Of a DNA stretch of 64,000 bases, positions 14,204 to 27,140 are shown piece after piece. Both the position numbers and the translations under genes were made by a program. Position 1 is the first letter of the stretch, and every line of letters begins with the position of its first letter. The notes under the pieces are model-generated. The model ran no database searches and had not been told where the DNA came from. It was given only the letters and a program-made list of their open reading frames with translations. Origin of the DNA: Microbotryum violaceum. Its lineage: Eukaryota. The DNA lies in contig CDLV01000011.1 of NCBI GenBank assembly GCA_001244265.2, positions 806,001-870,000 of the forward strand. The letters are read 5' to 3'.

Positions 14204-16442
14204 ATGGCACCCCCTCGGTCGTCCTCGCTCCCTTCCAAGGGCCGATCCACTTCATCGATCAACCAGCCGAACGCATCTTCATCCTCCACGCAAGAACCCG
14301 ATGAGGTCCTACACCGCATCACCTCGCTGTCGTCCTCGTTGCCTCCCATCGCACCGACCCACGCCGATCTGAACCCATTGATCGACCTTATCTCCCTCTT
14401 CCAGCATTTACCCCTCCAACCACCACCCAACACCACCTCCACCTCATCATGGTACCAGCTAAACCGACAGGCCGTGCACACGTCGTTGCATGCGCTCAAG
14501 GCGACGTTCGAAGCGCTCATCAACCATGGGAGGCTCCACGGCGTGCTCAAGCGCAAGATCGCGCCAGGACAGGGGGCTTCTTCGTCGTCGTCCAAGGAAC
14601 AGGCGGCGTTGGAAATGGCTTCGGCGCAAAAGGTCAAAGAGTGGTTGCAAGAGAGGTGGGCCGACTATTTGAAACAGACGGCTACGGTCGTACAGGGCCA
14701 TTGGGACATGGGTGTCAGGGTAAGACAGCTCATCACGATCCCGTCCGTCGACTCTATACCAGCTGACCCCCCTACCCATGCTCGCGTTCACCAGATCTCC
14801 GCCTTGAACGCACTCATGTCCTTGCTCCGAACCGAATCAACCTTCCTCACCTCCCTGCACCACTCGCGACAAGCCCAATTCCCCTCCTCGACTTTGGTCC
14901 ACATCCTTCGTGCCATTCTCCTACCCCAAGACGACGAGGGGCTCATCGTTCCCGAGATCCAGGACGAGTGGCAAAAATGGTGGAACGTTTGCGACGACAT
15001 TCGGTACCACTTTCTCAAGGGGTCTGCTACGCTCCTCTCCTCGTACGCTTCGTCCAACCAGGATGTCCCGACGCATCTCGTGTCCAACATGATCACGCTG
15101 TTTGAGTCGCTCACGTCGATGCCGACCGTACCCAAGGAATTGAACGAATGGTGGTGTTCGACCCCTACGGCGCTCAAGTCAAAGGGTGACAAGAGCAACA
15201 AGAAGCGCAAGACCGAGACCGGAAAGTCAAAAGATGATGGAAGTACGGGCATATTCGACTCGTCCTCGTCCTCCGAATCGGACGAGAACGCCCCCAAGAT
15301 GTCGGCGAGGGACTCCAAGAAACTCTTGCCGCCTCTTTTATCCCTCTCCGCTCACCGTCGCGTCTTTCAGGATTGTGTCTTGGCCTTGTTGAGCCTCCCG
15401 TTGGACGAAGCGCAATCCAAGAGGGTTCTGAGCATCTTGCATCGTCAGGTGTTGCCGCACATGACGGACCCCAAGAGGTTGATGGATTGGTTGGTCGATT
15501 GTACAACCCAGGGTGGGACGATCGCCATTTTGGCTTTGAACGGCCTGTTCACACTGATGCAGAAACATAACCTGTACGTTCCCCGCCGTTCATGTGATGG
15601 AGCTCTTTTCTCAAGCTGACTTTTGGATTCGGCACCCAGTGAATACCCCAATTTCTACTCGACGCTCTACTCGCTCCTAACGCGCTCACTCCTGCACACG
15701 CGCTACCGCCCACGTTTCTTCCGTCTTCTGATCATCTTCCTCTCCTCGACGCACATCTCCGCCTCCCTCGTCGCGAGCTTCATCAAGCGACTTTCTCGAT
15801 TGGCACTTTCGGCCCCTCCTTCAGCCATCGTCACCATCGTTCCATTGGTGTACAACCTCCTCAAACTCCATCCGGGATGTATGACCCTCATTCACAACCC
15901 TTCCCCAACCGACGAAACGATCCACACTGATCCTTTCGACCCCGAAGAAAAAGACCCTAACCTAACTCGAGCTTTGGAAAGTTCTTTATGGGAGATACAA
16001 AGTTTGATGCAGCATTATTTGGCCAGTGTGGCGGGCTTGGCCAAGGTTTTTAAGGAGGTGATGAATAAGGAGAGGTATGGGATGGAGGATTTTCTGGATC
16101 ATTCGTTTGCGACGGTCAGTCTTTTTTTTCATCTTTCTTTAACTTGGGGGGATCTCCGTCTGAAAAATGGGGCGTAGAATGCTTATCGCGTTTGGTTCTT
16201 CTTCAAAGATGTTCGAAACCGAGGCTACGCGACTCATCCGTAACGCACCTGCCTTGGCACCTGTTCCTCAACGCCAACCAATAGGCGACTCCTTTTTCCC
16301 TTCCACACCCGCTGCTGAAAGGCCCACGAAGGTGGTCAAGAAGGTTGTGAAGAGGTCGTTGTTGGAGGATGAAGGGGATGAGGAAGAGGTGGAGGTGGAA
16401 CAAGGGCCGGTGGATACGGTGGCGAGGTTGTGGGTATTTTGA
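14204..16442 (+). CDS. NOC4: Nucleolar complex protein 4 (CBF/Mak21 domain), multi-exon
   Basis: LALNGLFTLMQKHNLEYPNFY..LY.LL...RYRPRFFRLL..FLSSTH...VASFIKRLSRLALSAPP; ALESSLWEI; FLDHSF. Confidence 0.92.
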
Positions 16443-16914
16443 GCAGGGTGGTGGGTAATTCTAGGAACGCTGCAGCTACGATGATGGTGATCTCTAGTCT
16501 ACAATGAATTTCAGCATCTTACCACTCGTATTGTTGTCTCGCGACGGGACCCAGACTGTGGCCCTCGCAGGAAGCCGAAAGAATACTATAGGGGGCGAGG
16601 TAAATTAATACCGCACCTGCTCAGAGGTCAGGTAGCACTTCCCAATTCTCCCGACTCCCCGATCGTTCGCTTCCCCTGCAATCGATCGATGCTCGGAACA
16701 GGCAACAGAGCCAGCAAGGAGATTACGTAAGAAGCATGATTTGGCCAAAGCGAAGCTAAAAGCTCTCTGAGAAGGGAATCAAACCGAGTCATTGCGTGCG
16801 GACAAAAAGAGCAGAGAAGCGAATAACTACACAACTTTGCCACAAAAGATAAAGAACTGAAAACTTTGTGGTCACGAAGTCAAGCAAATTTATACTATCA
16901 AATTTTCGGCCTCG

Positions 16915-19900
16915 TCAAATATCAATGACGGGTCGATCGGGAAAGATGTTGGCGCGACAGAGGGCGCAGGTCCGACTTCGGGTCAACCATCTCACGATGC
17001 ACGTTTCGTGAAACCTGCATATCACAATAGAGACGGGCAGCCTCAGCCCACTTCGTTTCTTTTTCGTTCCTCGAACCCCTCCATCAAAGTAACTCACGCA
17101 TGCAAACACTCCGGCAACACAACCGCGCGTTCCCCGACCTTGAACCTCGCCAAACAAATCGTACAATCGACGCATCTCACGCCGACGACACTGAGCTTCT
17201 GTTTCACTTTCCCGCGTTTGTCGATGCGTCGACGCTCGAGTTCGACGACGGCAACGTCGAGCATCTCGAGTTCGGATTGGGATGCACCGAGTTCGCGCGC
17301 GGACCCCATCATTTCGCCTAGGGTCGTAAGATCCTGATAAGGAGTGGCGAGGGTGTCAGTCTGTAAGAGTGAAATAATTGCAAGTATCATTCGCTTACAT
17401 CGTATTGATTCCCACCAACTTCATGGTCCAGCCGAGCGAGCAATAGGTCCAGCTCCGTATACGCCGACAAGTCCTGATTGTTTGCTGCTTCAACTGCCGA
17501 GTCCGAAGTCGGTGCCGCCGTCGTCGATTGTACAGCCTGACCAACGCCCGTAGGATTGCTCGCTGTTCGCGAACCGACATGCGAAGAGGAAGTAGCCGCA
17601 GCAGAAGTGACGTTTTGCAACGCCTCCAAGGCCAATCGATCATTCTCCATCAACTCCTCCGACGAACGAGGATCTCGATTCTCCAAAGAAGTAAGCGCAT
17701 TTTCCCTCATCTGCATGACCGTGAACGCATCGACTCGATCCGTCGGACCGGGCGGCACAGGTAAGGGACGACGACCGGGTCGGCGAGTCTCTTCCGTGAC
17801 TCCGAACGTCGCAGTGGGCGAAGGGGATGTCGTTCCTCTTGATGGTGGGGGTAGAGGGGCCGGTCGACGAGGTCGAGGTGGCGGAGGGGTGAACGAGCTC
17901 GGTGCCAAGGGAGAAGGGAGCGAATAGCGCTCGCTACTGGGGATCGTCGAAAGGAGCGAAGGGTTGATATCGCTGACGGGAGGTGGGGTGGACTGCGAAA
18001 AGCTCGGATCCGAGGTCGAGGTTGAGGAGATAGGGTATCGCCGGTTCATGCTGCCGGGTCGAGAACGAGGTACTGGCGGCGCACGTCGGACCAGCGAGGC
18101 GCGTTGGGGAAGTGCGGGGGTCGAGCAAGACAAGGTGGAAAGAGGGACGTCGGGCAGATCTTCAATGGTCGAAGGTCGTATAGCTGCAACGTCGTCGGGT
18201 CGTCTTGGTAGCGGTGGCGCCGTGGGGTCATCGAGAAATGGTCGGGAAGGGGGATTGCTCGGCGGGGTCGGTGGGGCGGCGACCGTCGCTGGAAATGGTG
18301 GTCGTGGTGGTGGCACTGGCGGCTGCGGGAGGGGTGCTACTGGTGGAATGGGTGGCTTCGACGATACTGGCTGCCCGAACCGAGATCGATTGGGAAAGAG
18401 CTGCTCAAAGGCACTCGTGCGTTGCTGTGGCTCCGATGCAGCGACCTCGGCCGGTGGTTCCTCGGCCGTCTCGGTAGACTCCTCCTCTTCCGGGACCTGT
18501 GGTATCCCTGATCCACTGGTCTGTTGTGCCGCATTCTGTTCTCGCTCCTTCACAGCACGTTCCAAGGCGACTCGTCGTTCCGCGGCTTCGGCAAACCGTC
18601 GTCGAGCATTAAGAGTCACAGCACGAGCCAGTCGAGCGGGGCGATCTTCTTCTGCCTCTTCCTCTTCCTCTTCCGAATCGGACGACTCGACGGTCGCACC
18701 GGTGGGCTTTGGTGTTGATGTGATAGGAGTTATAGACGGTGGTATATGTGGTGGAATGAGAGATGAAGACAAATGTATTGGCCGAGCGGGACTGGAAGCC
18801 GGGGGAGGCAGGCTGGACGACGTCGAGGCGACAGGGGCGAGCGGGGAAGCTGGAGCCTCACCTAAAGGTTTGTCGACAGGTTCCTCTGGTTCTTCCTCCA
18901 GGACTACACTGGATTGAACTGCTGAAGATGGACTCTTCTGCGCTTCCGCTTGTGCGATCCTCCGTTCAGCAGCCTCGGCGAATCTTCGACCGGCGTAGAT
19001 CGAAAGGGCCCGAGCGATGCGTGGAACGTCATTCTGCGCCTCTGCGGCGGCAATCTCTTCGCGCTCTTTAGCAGATGGTGGGTTCGGCTCAGTTGGGGCG
19101 TTTGTGGGTGTCGGTACCGTTGGCCTACTCGTCTGGTCCGCGGAAGCTCTTTCGACGGTCAGAGCTGGACCCCTTGCCGTCGAGGGGGCGGGTGGAGTTG
19201 GAAGACGAAGAGGCGTCGCGTCTTCAACCGGGTCAGATGTGACGACATCGGCTCCAATTTCTTCCGCGAGCGGTCCGATCGGTTCTATTGCTGTTGCTGC
19301 TGCTTCTGCGGCTCGCCGTCTCTGCATATCCCGCTGTATCCTCAATTCAAGCTCCATCCCCGCCGCTCGATCAGCTTCCCACGCGAGCACGAGTGGATCG
19401 TCCGAAGTTGCGAGGTCGGTGGCTTCAGCGAGGTCAGACTCGGCCAGAGCACCTCGAAGTATGGTAGGAGAAGTTTCTTCTCCACCACCTATTGCTGTCG
19501 AGGCCGTAGCTCTTTGGGCCGCCAAGTCTAGGGGTGACGGTGGCCGAGATCCTGGGAGAAAGTAGGCCGGTGGCGGTGACTCAAAGGCGGGTGGAGGAGC
19601 GGCGATGGAAGCTCGAGGGTCGACGACGGGCGTTTCAAAGAGTATAGAAGCCCCTCTGCGTTGTGATATCGGTCCTCTTGGGTTCGAAGGGGAGGGCAGT
19701 GCTGGCGAGCCCTGAGTTGGGATATAATTACTCGGTGGAGGATTTGCCCGAGTCCGACTGGTCGAAGCGGGTGGGAAGGGGTATTCGTTCACGTTCGAAG
19801 CTGAGGAGGCTGTGGAATAGGAACGGGGATATATACGATCAGTCCCATGGCCTAGACTGCGACCAGTACACCCGGACCACTTGCCTTGCTGCGGTGGAGT

Positions 19901-20578
19901 CAATCTTATCGCTCGTGGTCCCCGGACGTTGGAGCTCGAAGCCACACCACTGCCAAGCGAGCTACTGCATGCGCTCCCGGATCGGGTCATGCTACGACTT
20001 GATGCACTGTCAGCCCCAACCGCGGTCGCCCCACCCCGCTGCTGTCGGTCTCTTTCCCTGCTCTGCGCCGAGCGTGAGCTGGCCATGGCGACAGGAGGGG
20101 TCGACGGACTGCCGCCGTTCCTTCCAGCGTTGAAGACTGCGTCGAGTATTGCAGGGTCGGGCACTGCAGGCGCGACGGGTTTCTTGGCCTTTTTGACCTT
20201 CTTCTTGGTCGGAGCGGGTGCTGGGGATGGAGCGGAGATCTCCTCGACGGGGCCCATGGTCGCACGGCACGGTTCGACGACGGATGACGAGTGGTGCTGA
20301 TGCAGACTGGAGGTGCTCGCGACTGAACTCGCCGACGTCGACGCAGCATCGAGTTGGCCCGCCCCTCTCCGTCTGCCCGTATTGTCCGGAGGTACGAGCG
20401 TGAGTTGGCCATGGTGTCGAACCGCATGGGCGAGGTAAGGTGCTTCCTGAGGTGGTGCTGGTTCAGGCAAGGACGTCGAACTGGCCGTGGCTCCCGTCGT
20501 ACCATACACGGGTGGTGTGAATGCAGTTTGTTTGTTCTTCTTTCGATCGCGGGTCCAAGCAGGACCGCGACTCGTCAT
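16915..20578 (-). CDS. Large Pro/Ser-rich protein with C-terminal RING-H2 finger (putative E3 ligase)
   Basis: About 1000-aa disordered ORF, then spliced CTICLARF..GE.AVVLPECLHRFHETCIVRWLTRSRTCALCR; start inferred at MTSRGPAW. Confidence 0.82.
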
Positions 20579-21236
20579 TTGGGTCAGTCCAGGCGAGGGC
20601 TTTCTCTTTGGGACGAAGGCCGCAGGTGGTTTGGCGAAGGAGGCGAAGCACTGACGGAAACCAAAGAGGCTCGAGCTCACGGGCGCGCGGTGCATAGCGA
20701 TGACGTCGGGCTCATCGCAAGCCACGGCAGAGATGGTTGCCCAGCGGCCGAGCTTCTATTCTGCGCAGATGGCGTCGAGGTTTGTCCATCGCTCACGTTG
20801 TTCAATCGAAAAGCGTTGAATTATACGGGGGGTGTCGGACGATGCCGAATCAGTGCCACGAACTGTTTGGCTTGAATATCATCCCTTTTCGTCACTCTTG
20901 TACGTCTGTGTCTCGGACAACATAGTCGGATGGGCTGAGAGTATTGTTAGAGAATATACTGAATAAACCCCCTTATTTGATTACCTCATGACTGATCACC
21001 TACAAGCATACCGAGTACAAACCTGCAGAGTCGCGTATCAATAAATAGACTCTTGGTGCTCCGGCATTACAAGCCGTGGCCTTTGAAATTTGACAACCCC
21101 GCGCGGGCGACGGCGCGCGCGATTTTGTTGGATCGTGGTTCAACTTGCTGCTCCGCTCAGCTCGACGTTTCATCTCTCCGCCTCGACGTTTGCTTCCTCG
21201 CTCCGGACGTAGCCTAAGCTCAGACCACAGGGCGTC

Positions 21237-24200
21237 ATGTTGGTGCATCCACCTCAACCTCGCCACCCTTTCGCCGGTGCCTCGAGTTCGGCTGCGCCTC
21301 CCAGTCGACATGTGCCTACGCTGACCAGCTCCTCTTCAGTTGGAGCTGCTGTCGCTGCTTCAGGTCGTGCGCGCCCACCTCTTTCCGCCTCGGCTCAGAT
21401 GCGGGCATCCATTTCGAAGGGGCTACAGACGACCCGTTCGGGAGCGGCAGAACTTCCAGCAACCACAGTATCTACGACTGCACCAACGACGACGACGACG
21501 ACACAAAAGGCCACGACGCGCACCAGAGCGCCGTCTGATCGAGCCAAATTGACCGAGCAGTGGGGGCCACCGCCGGCCGTCATCCGGCGCGATGGAGAGC
21601 ATTTGCACAGAGGGGAACTATTGGGAGAGGTCAGTGTTGGAGTCGACTATTCCGTACTTGGGATCATCCTTGGCAAGCTGCGAGGCGGCATCAGCCATAA
21701 GCCCTTTCTCTTGATGGAGATGCGAGATGCGAGATGCGAGATGACTGACTCAACATCCCCGCGCCTTGTGGCTTCTTTCGCCGTCTTTGCAGGGTGGATT
21801 CGCACGCGTATACCTCATCACAGAACCGGATGGAATCACCAACAAGGCCGTCAAGGTTATTTGTAAAGAACAGCTACGATCGACCAAGAACAGGAGCAAA
21901 GTATGGCCCCACTCCTCACGTGACCGTCCATCCGGCGAGACTGACCACACCCCTTCATCTTTGCGTTGACCAGCTCTTTGGTGAGATCAAGATCCACCAG
22001 GCGATGAAACACACCAACATCCTCTCATTCGAGCACTGCTTCGAGGACGAAGCCAACGTCTACATGCAACTCGAACTATGCTCCAACGGATCCCTCCTCG
22101 ACCTCCTGCGCAAACGAAGACGGTACACCGAACCTGAGACGCGCTTCTACCTCGTGCAACTCATCGGCGCATGCCACTACATGCACTCCAACTCGGTCAT
22201 TCATCGCGATCTCAAGTTGGGCAACCTCATGCTCGATGCTGAGATGAACCTCCGCGTTGGTGATTTCGGGTTGGCCGCGCTGGTCAAGTTCCCCGGCGAG
22301 CGGAAAAAGTCAGTCGCAAAGAATAAAATTCGATGATTCTGTTGCTGATCTTCTTCTGCTCCACTTGGTATAGAACTATCTGCGGGACACCCAACTATAT
22401 TGCCCCCGAGATCCTATTTGACACGACCAACGGCCATTCGTTCGAGGTCGACATTTGGTCACTCGGCGTCATCATGTACACACTCCTCGTCGGGAAACCC
22501 CCCTTCCAAACCAAAGAGGTCAAGAACATCTACCTGTATGTTTCGGGATGGTACTCACTTGTTGCCAGTGTTCGTTGAGCTGATATTGCTTGGCCCCCAC
22601 AGTCGGATCAAGGAGTTAAACTATGAATTCCCCGCCGGGTGCGAACTCTCAGCCGAGGCCGTCGACCTCATCTCGCTCATCCTCACCCCGAAACCGAACG
22701 AACGACCCACGCTCGGCCAAATCCTCCAACACGACTTTTTCGTCACCGGCCCTTTCCCCGCCTCCGTCACCCCCGCTTCGCTCACCGTGGTCCCTGACCA
22801 TCGCAATATGAGCATTCGATCGGCGCATCGCAACTTTAGGGCCGTCAAGGCTCGAGCAGGATTAACCGAACAGGTCGAAGCGGAGATGCTCGAGGCCAAT
22901 GCTGCTGAAGTTGCTGCCGTTGAAAAGCCGTCACTTCGCACCGTCCTCGCGACCGTTCACGAATCGGCCGCACCTGCACCTGCCGCCCAAGCTGCCGCAC
23001 CCGTGGCGAGGAAGCGAATGTCCGCGACCGTCACCGCCGATGCACGTGCGATCGAACAAGAGGTCCAACAAGTGCTGGCGCCCGAAAGTCCCATTTCGGA
23101 TCTCTTGCGTTCAGCCCGCAAACCCCTCATGGTCTCGCCCGATGCCGAACCGTGCGAATTGTTACAACGTCGTTTAGCGGCCGAAGCCAGGCCGACTTCG
23201 AGTAACCCGACTTCAACGAACGGAGCGACCACTCTATCCGCTCGACTCGCGGCGAATGCCCCGACGAAGGAGAACCTGTCTCCGAGTCAGCCCAGTGCAG
23301 GGGATAAGGAGAATTCGCTTGCAAAGGGTGGGAAGCCGGTTGGTGGGGCGACGACCGTGAGCAAACATCGACGATCGGCTTTATCGACGACATCAACGGT
23401 CCCTGTGCCTTCGTCGCCAAATCGGACGTCGAGCGCAGCGGTGCCAATTTCTCTTGTTGCACCGAAACCGGTCGTCAAAACTGTAGACAGTGAGTCCTCC
23501 CGTCCGGCGCTACCAAACTGACGTGATGGGAAGGCTGACCCCGTCTCACATCTGCTGCGCAGCTGCCCGCCATCCTGCACGAGAACTGTACGACACAACC
23601 TGGCGCACCCTCCATTCCGCACTGACGATCGAAACTCTCGCCGACCTTGAAGCCTTGCCCCGACCGGACGACTCGATGGCCCCCAAGGTGTTTATCACCT
23701 CTTGGGTCGACTATACGCACAAATACGGTACGGCTTATTCGTTGACGGACGGGACGGCGGGGTTGTACTTTAATGATTCGACGACGATGGTGTTGAGTCC
23801 CGATAAGAAGTAGGTTATCCCCGAGCTTACCGAGTGCGGGTGCCTGTATTGATCCAGAGTACGTCTCTCTCGCACAGCCATTTCGACTACATCGCCCAAC
23901 GCAAAGGCAACATCTACACACGGCGGCACTATGCACTGACGGACCACCCCGAAGATCTTCAACGCAAGGCCTACCTGTTGGAGTACTTTGAAGACTATAT
24001 GGCGAAGACGTTAACACGCGACGTGGCGTGGACGTTTGTTGACGCGGCGAGGACCAAGAACATGTGCTTCCTCGTCAAATACTACAGGATGAAGCACGCA
24101 ATCGTGTTCAAGTTAAGCAACGAGGTCTTGCAGGTCAGTTTTGAGCCTTGGGGACGGTTGTTGGTTGAATTCGATGCTAATGACTTTTTCACACTTCCCC

Positions 24201-24522
24201 ACCCGTGCAGTTCAACTTTTACGACCATACCAAACTCCTCATCACGCAACACGGGTCCGTTGTCTCCTTCATCGACGGTGACTTCCGACTGCACACCTAT
24301 TCCCTCGGAGCCTTATTCGACGAAGCGTCCAAACTGGGCCACTATCGACCTTCAACTTCGACGACACCAGGATCAGCGATGACGACGGAAGAAGCGAGGC
24401 GGCTGAAAAAGTTGGACAAGGTGCGGTTCATTATCGACAAACTCGAGTATTGTAGGGATGTGATTCGGACGTTGAGTTTGAGGAAGAAGACAACCACGAC
24501 CACGACCACCACGGCGGAATAA
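21237..24522 (+). CDS. CDC5: Polo-like kinase (Cdc5/Plo1), multi-exon
   Basis: [46 protein letters not shown]; polo boxes WVDYTHKYG...FNDST and [10 protein letters not shown]. Confidence 0.96.
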
Positions 24523-24924
24523 TGCATGAGCACCGCTGGGGCTTGTATAACCTCTGCCAGATCGGATCGGCTCTTCCTTCCTCGCTGTTCGCTCTGCTAT
24601 TTTTTTGCTTTGGGGCCGTTGGTGGATCATTTCTTTTCCCGTTGCCCCACCCTCTTCTTCCTCGTTGTATCGCCATTGTTGTATTGGTTCCTATTGGCTG
24701 CACGTACATATATCGCTTCGCAATTCCACTAATCTACCCAGCCAAAGGCAGTTGAATAACCCACAGCCCACGTTGTGTTGAGCTCCGGCAAGCTTGAGCG
24801 AATCATCGAACCGCTGGGTTTCCAACCTCGAACCGGCCTTGGTCAATGTACCGGGTGTTGGATGACCTGAGAAGAAGCCGCCTGTTAAACAACACAGCCC
24901 GACGGTCTGTGCGAGCCTGATTAT

Positions 24925-25697
24925 TCTTCCTCCTTCGTCCACAACTGCCAGCACGGCTTGATTTTCCCAACGAAACCGGACTCTAATTCCCATGTCCAGA
25001 GTGGCTCACGATCCAGAGGTAGGCAGTCTGATCCTTGGTACAACAACAAGCCGGAGCCCAATCTATGTGCACAATTTCAAAAAAGACGACGTTTGGCGTG
25101 CACGTACCAACGCCACCAGGGCATGCCGGACGTTGTGGCAATCCTTATGCCTTCTTTACCTCCCATCGTGACCAAATCCTCTTCCTGCTCAGGCCTCCGA
25201 CTCCTCACGATACTCTCCTCGATGAGCTCGGGCATACCAAATAAGTCACTTGGAAGAGGAGGACGCAAAGGAAATCTGGCATCGACGACGTTGTCGAACC
25301 CAGAGCCAGAATATCCTTGGAGCCCAAAACAAATACCTCGTTCTAGTAGGGGGAGTCAAAGGGATTATTCAGCAATCAACGACGGCACCACCTTTTGCAG
25401 ACAAGAACTGCACGAGGGGACCCACTGCGCAAATAACTGATCTCTTCCGTTGTGAGGTGTCCCGGCATCGTAGATAGACGGCCCTGATCTTTGAAAAAGA
25501 TTGCGCGATCCGGCTGGAATGTCAGAAGACCTCCGTGGTATGGCACGAGGCGTTGGTTGAGGTCGTCGGCTTCCCGCAGCGGGGGGCTGAGGTCGGGATG
25601 TAGGTCGTTGAAGCATTGGATGAAGTCTTGTCGCATAAGATGCATCCCTACAATGCACATGAAAGTGATTGCCCTCGAGTCAGTCAAAGCCGACGGA
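24925..25697 (-). pseudogene. Truncated inverted copy (A') of the unknown gene at 29.56-30.96 kb
   Basis: Reverse-complement match to ~30197-30962; 5' part missing, cut within an intron. Confidence 0.8.
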
Positions 25698-25761
25698 TCG
25701 GAAAAGAAAAAGAGCGGATCTGATCCGATCCTCCGGTGATCTGATCCTATGAGAACCCTTG
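25698..25761 (+). mobile_element. Orphan right end of the same hAT-type family as 45854-46452
   Basis: ATCTGATCCTATGAGAACCCTTG matches the TIR ATCTGATCCTATGAGAAGCCTTG with one mismatch; GATC-rich subterminal repeats. Confidence 0.75.
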
Positions 25762-25923
25762 GCAGTCACGGACTCATGGTGCCGGCGCGTCGGCGCGTGC
25801 TGGAGCGTGCTGGCGAGTGCTGGCGCGTGCGATTCGGTGACCGCGTCGCCTCTATGAAAAAGTCGATCTCTCGCTTCCCCCGCCCACTAGTACCTACCCT
25901 ACCTCCCATAATACGCCCAAGCC

Positions 25924-26493
25924 ATGGATTGCGGCGGTCTCGCTACAATTGTCTATTTCAATGCACTCTGGGGCTTCATTGGTTTATCTTTACATGACCA
26001 TGGAGATCTAACCTTTCTTGCTGTGTTCTTTTGCTGGGATGCTCCTCTCGCTTGCCGTAGCCATGTTGGCGAACATTTACAACCTCGACCGCGCTCCGGC
26101 GCCGGCGTGGACGTCCCAGACGAGATTCAAGTGAGTTTGATGAGCGTCCGCAATTTCCACAGGTACCTCCTACCTACCTATGGGTCTTGGATCAACTTGG
26201 CTGACCCCGAGCAATCGTCGAGTTTGCATATCTACAGCCGTCATTTGCTTCGAGTGTGGCTACCTGGCACGCTGGGCTGCTCGGCCGCCACTGCACACAT
26301 CCTCATTTTGATCCGGCGACAGTCCTCGCCCGGGTTGCTCCTCCACCCAGACTTGCTCCTCCACCCCGACTTGAGCAAGGCGGTGTCCGCAAGCATGGCC
26401 AACCTCGTGCTTGCTTTCGCCATGCTTGTGATACTAAGTGCATGCGTGAGGACTGTCGCGCTCTCAGTCATCTCGTTCCTCGGACACTCATGA
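25924..26493 (+). pseudogene. Disrupted copy (B') of an unknown multi-pass membrane protein gene
   Basis: MDCGGLATIVYFNALWGF paralogous to MDWEGLATIMYFNALWGF at 31148; shared intron position; frameshift relative to B; 3' end rearranged. Confidence 0.75.
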
Positions 26494-26497
26494 AGTC

Positions 26498-27140
26498 TTC
26501 AGGCCTGAAGTCGGCCTACCGTATCGCTTGTTCGAGTTCAAGGGGGATGCAGGCAGAAAGCCGATGACATTCCCCACCTTCCACGCAAGCCAAGGGCCCC
26601 CAAAAAGGCTGTTTGTCTCGTCGTAATCACCCAGATTCGCCAGGTCAACTTGAAAATCGAAACCGACTCGTGATCCAGGGGGTGAAGCAGGAAGATTGCC
26701 AATGCATGTGTAACGCGGACCCAGTACTACAGGGACTAGATGAGGGAGTCTCCGACGAACGAGATGAGGGTGAGCGCGACAATGCTCACGCATGCACTCA
26801 TATCACAAGCATAGCGAAAACAGGCACGACGGAGGTTGGCCATGCTCGTGATACTGAGAGCATGCGTGAGCACTGTCGCGCTCTCAATCATCTCGTTTCA
26901 TCTTGAAGTTTACTGGGTCCGCGTTACACATGCATTGGCAATCTTCCTGCTTCACCCCCTGGATCACGAGTCGGCTTCGATTTTCAGGTTGACCTGGCAC
27001 ATCTGGGCGTTTACGACAAGACAAACAGCCTTTTTGGGGGCCCTTGGCTTGCGTTGAAGGTGGGGAATGTCATCAGCTTTCTTCGTGCATTCCCCCTTGA
27101 ACTCGACCAAGCGATACGGCAGGTCGACTGTAGTTCTGAA
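26498..27140. repeat. Imperfect long inverted repeat (arms ~26498-26815 and ~26839-27140) made of the 3' part of gene B
   Basis: e.g. CTGGGTCCGCGTTACACATGCATTGGCAATCTTCCTGCTTCACCCCCTGGATCACGAGTCGG present on both strands. Confidence 0.9.

Noticed and set aside
17556..20875. Long plus-strand ORFs antisense to the RING gene (similar ones over PRP5, MRPS5 and Lon)
   Set aside because: Shadow ORFs expected opposite GC-rich coding sequence; no domains
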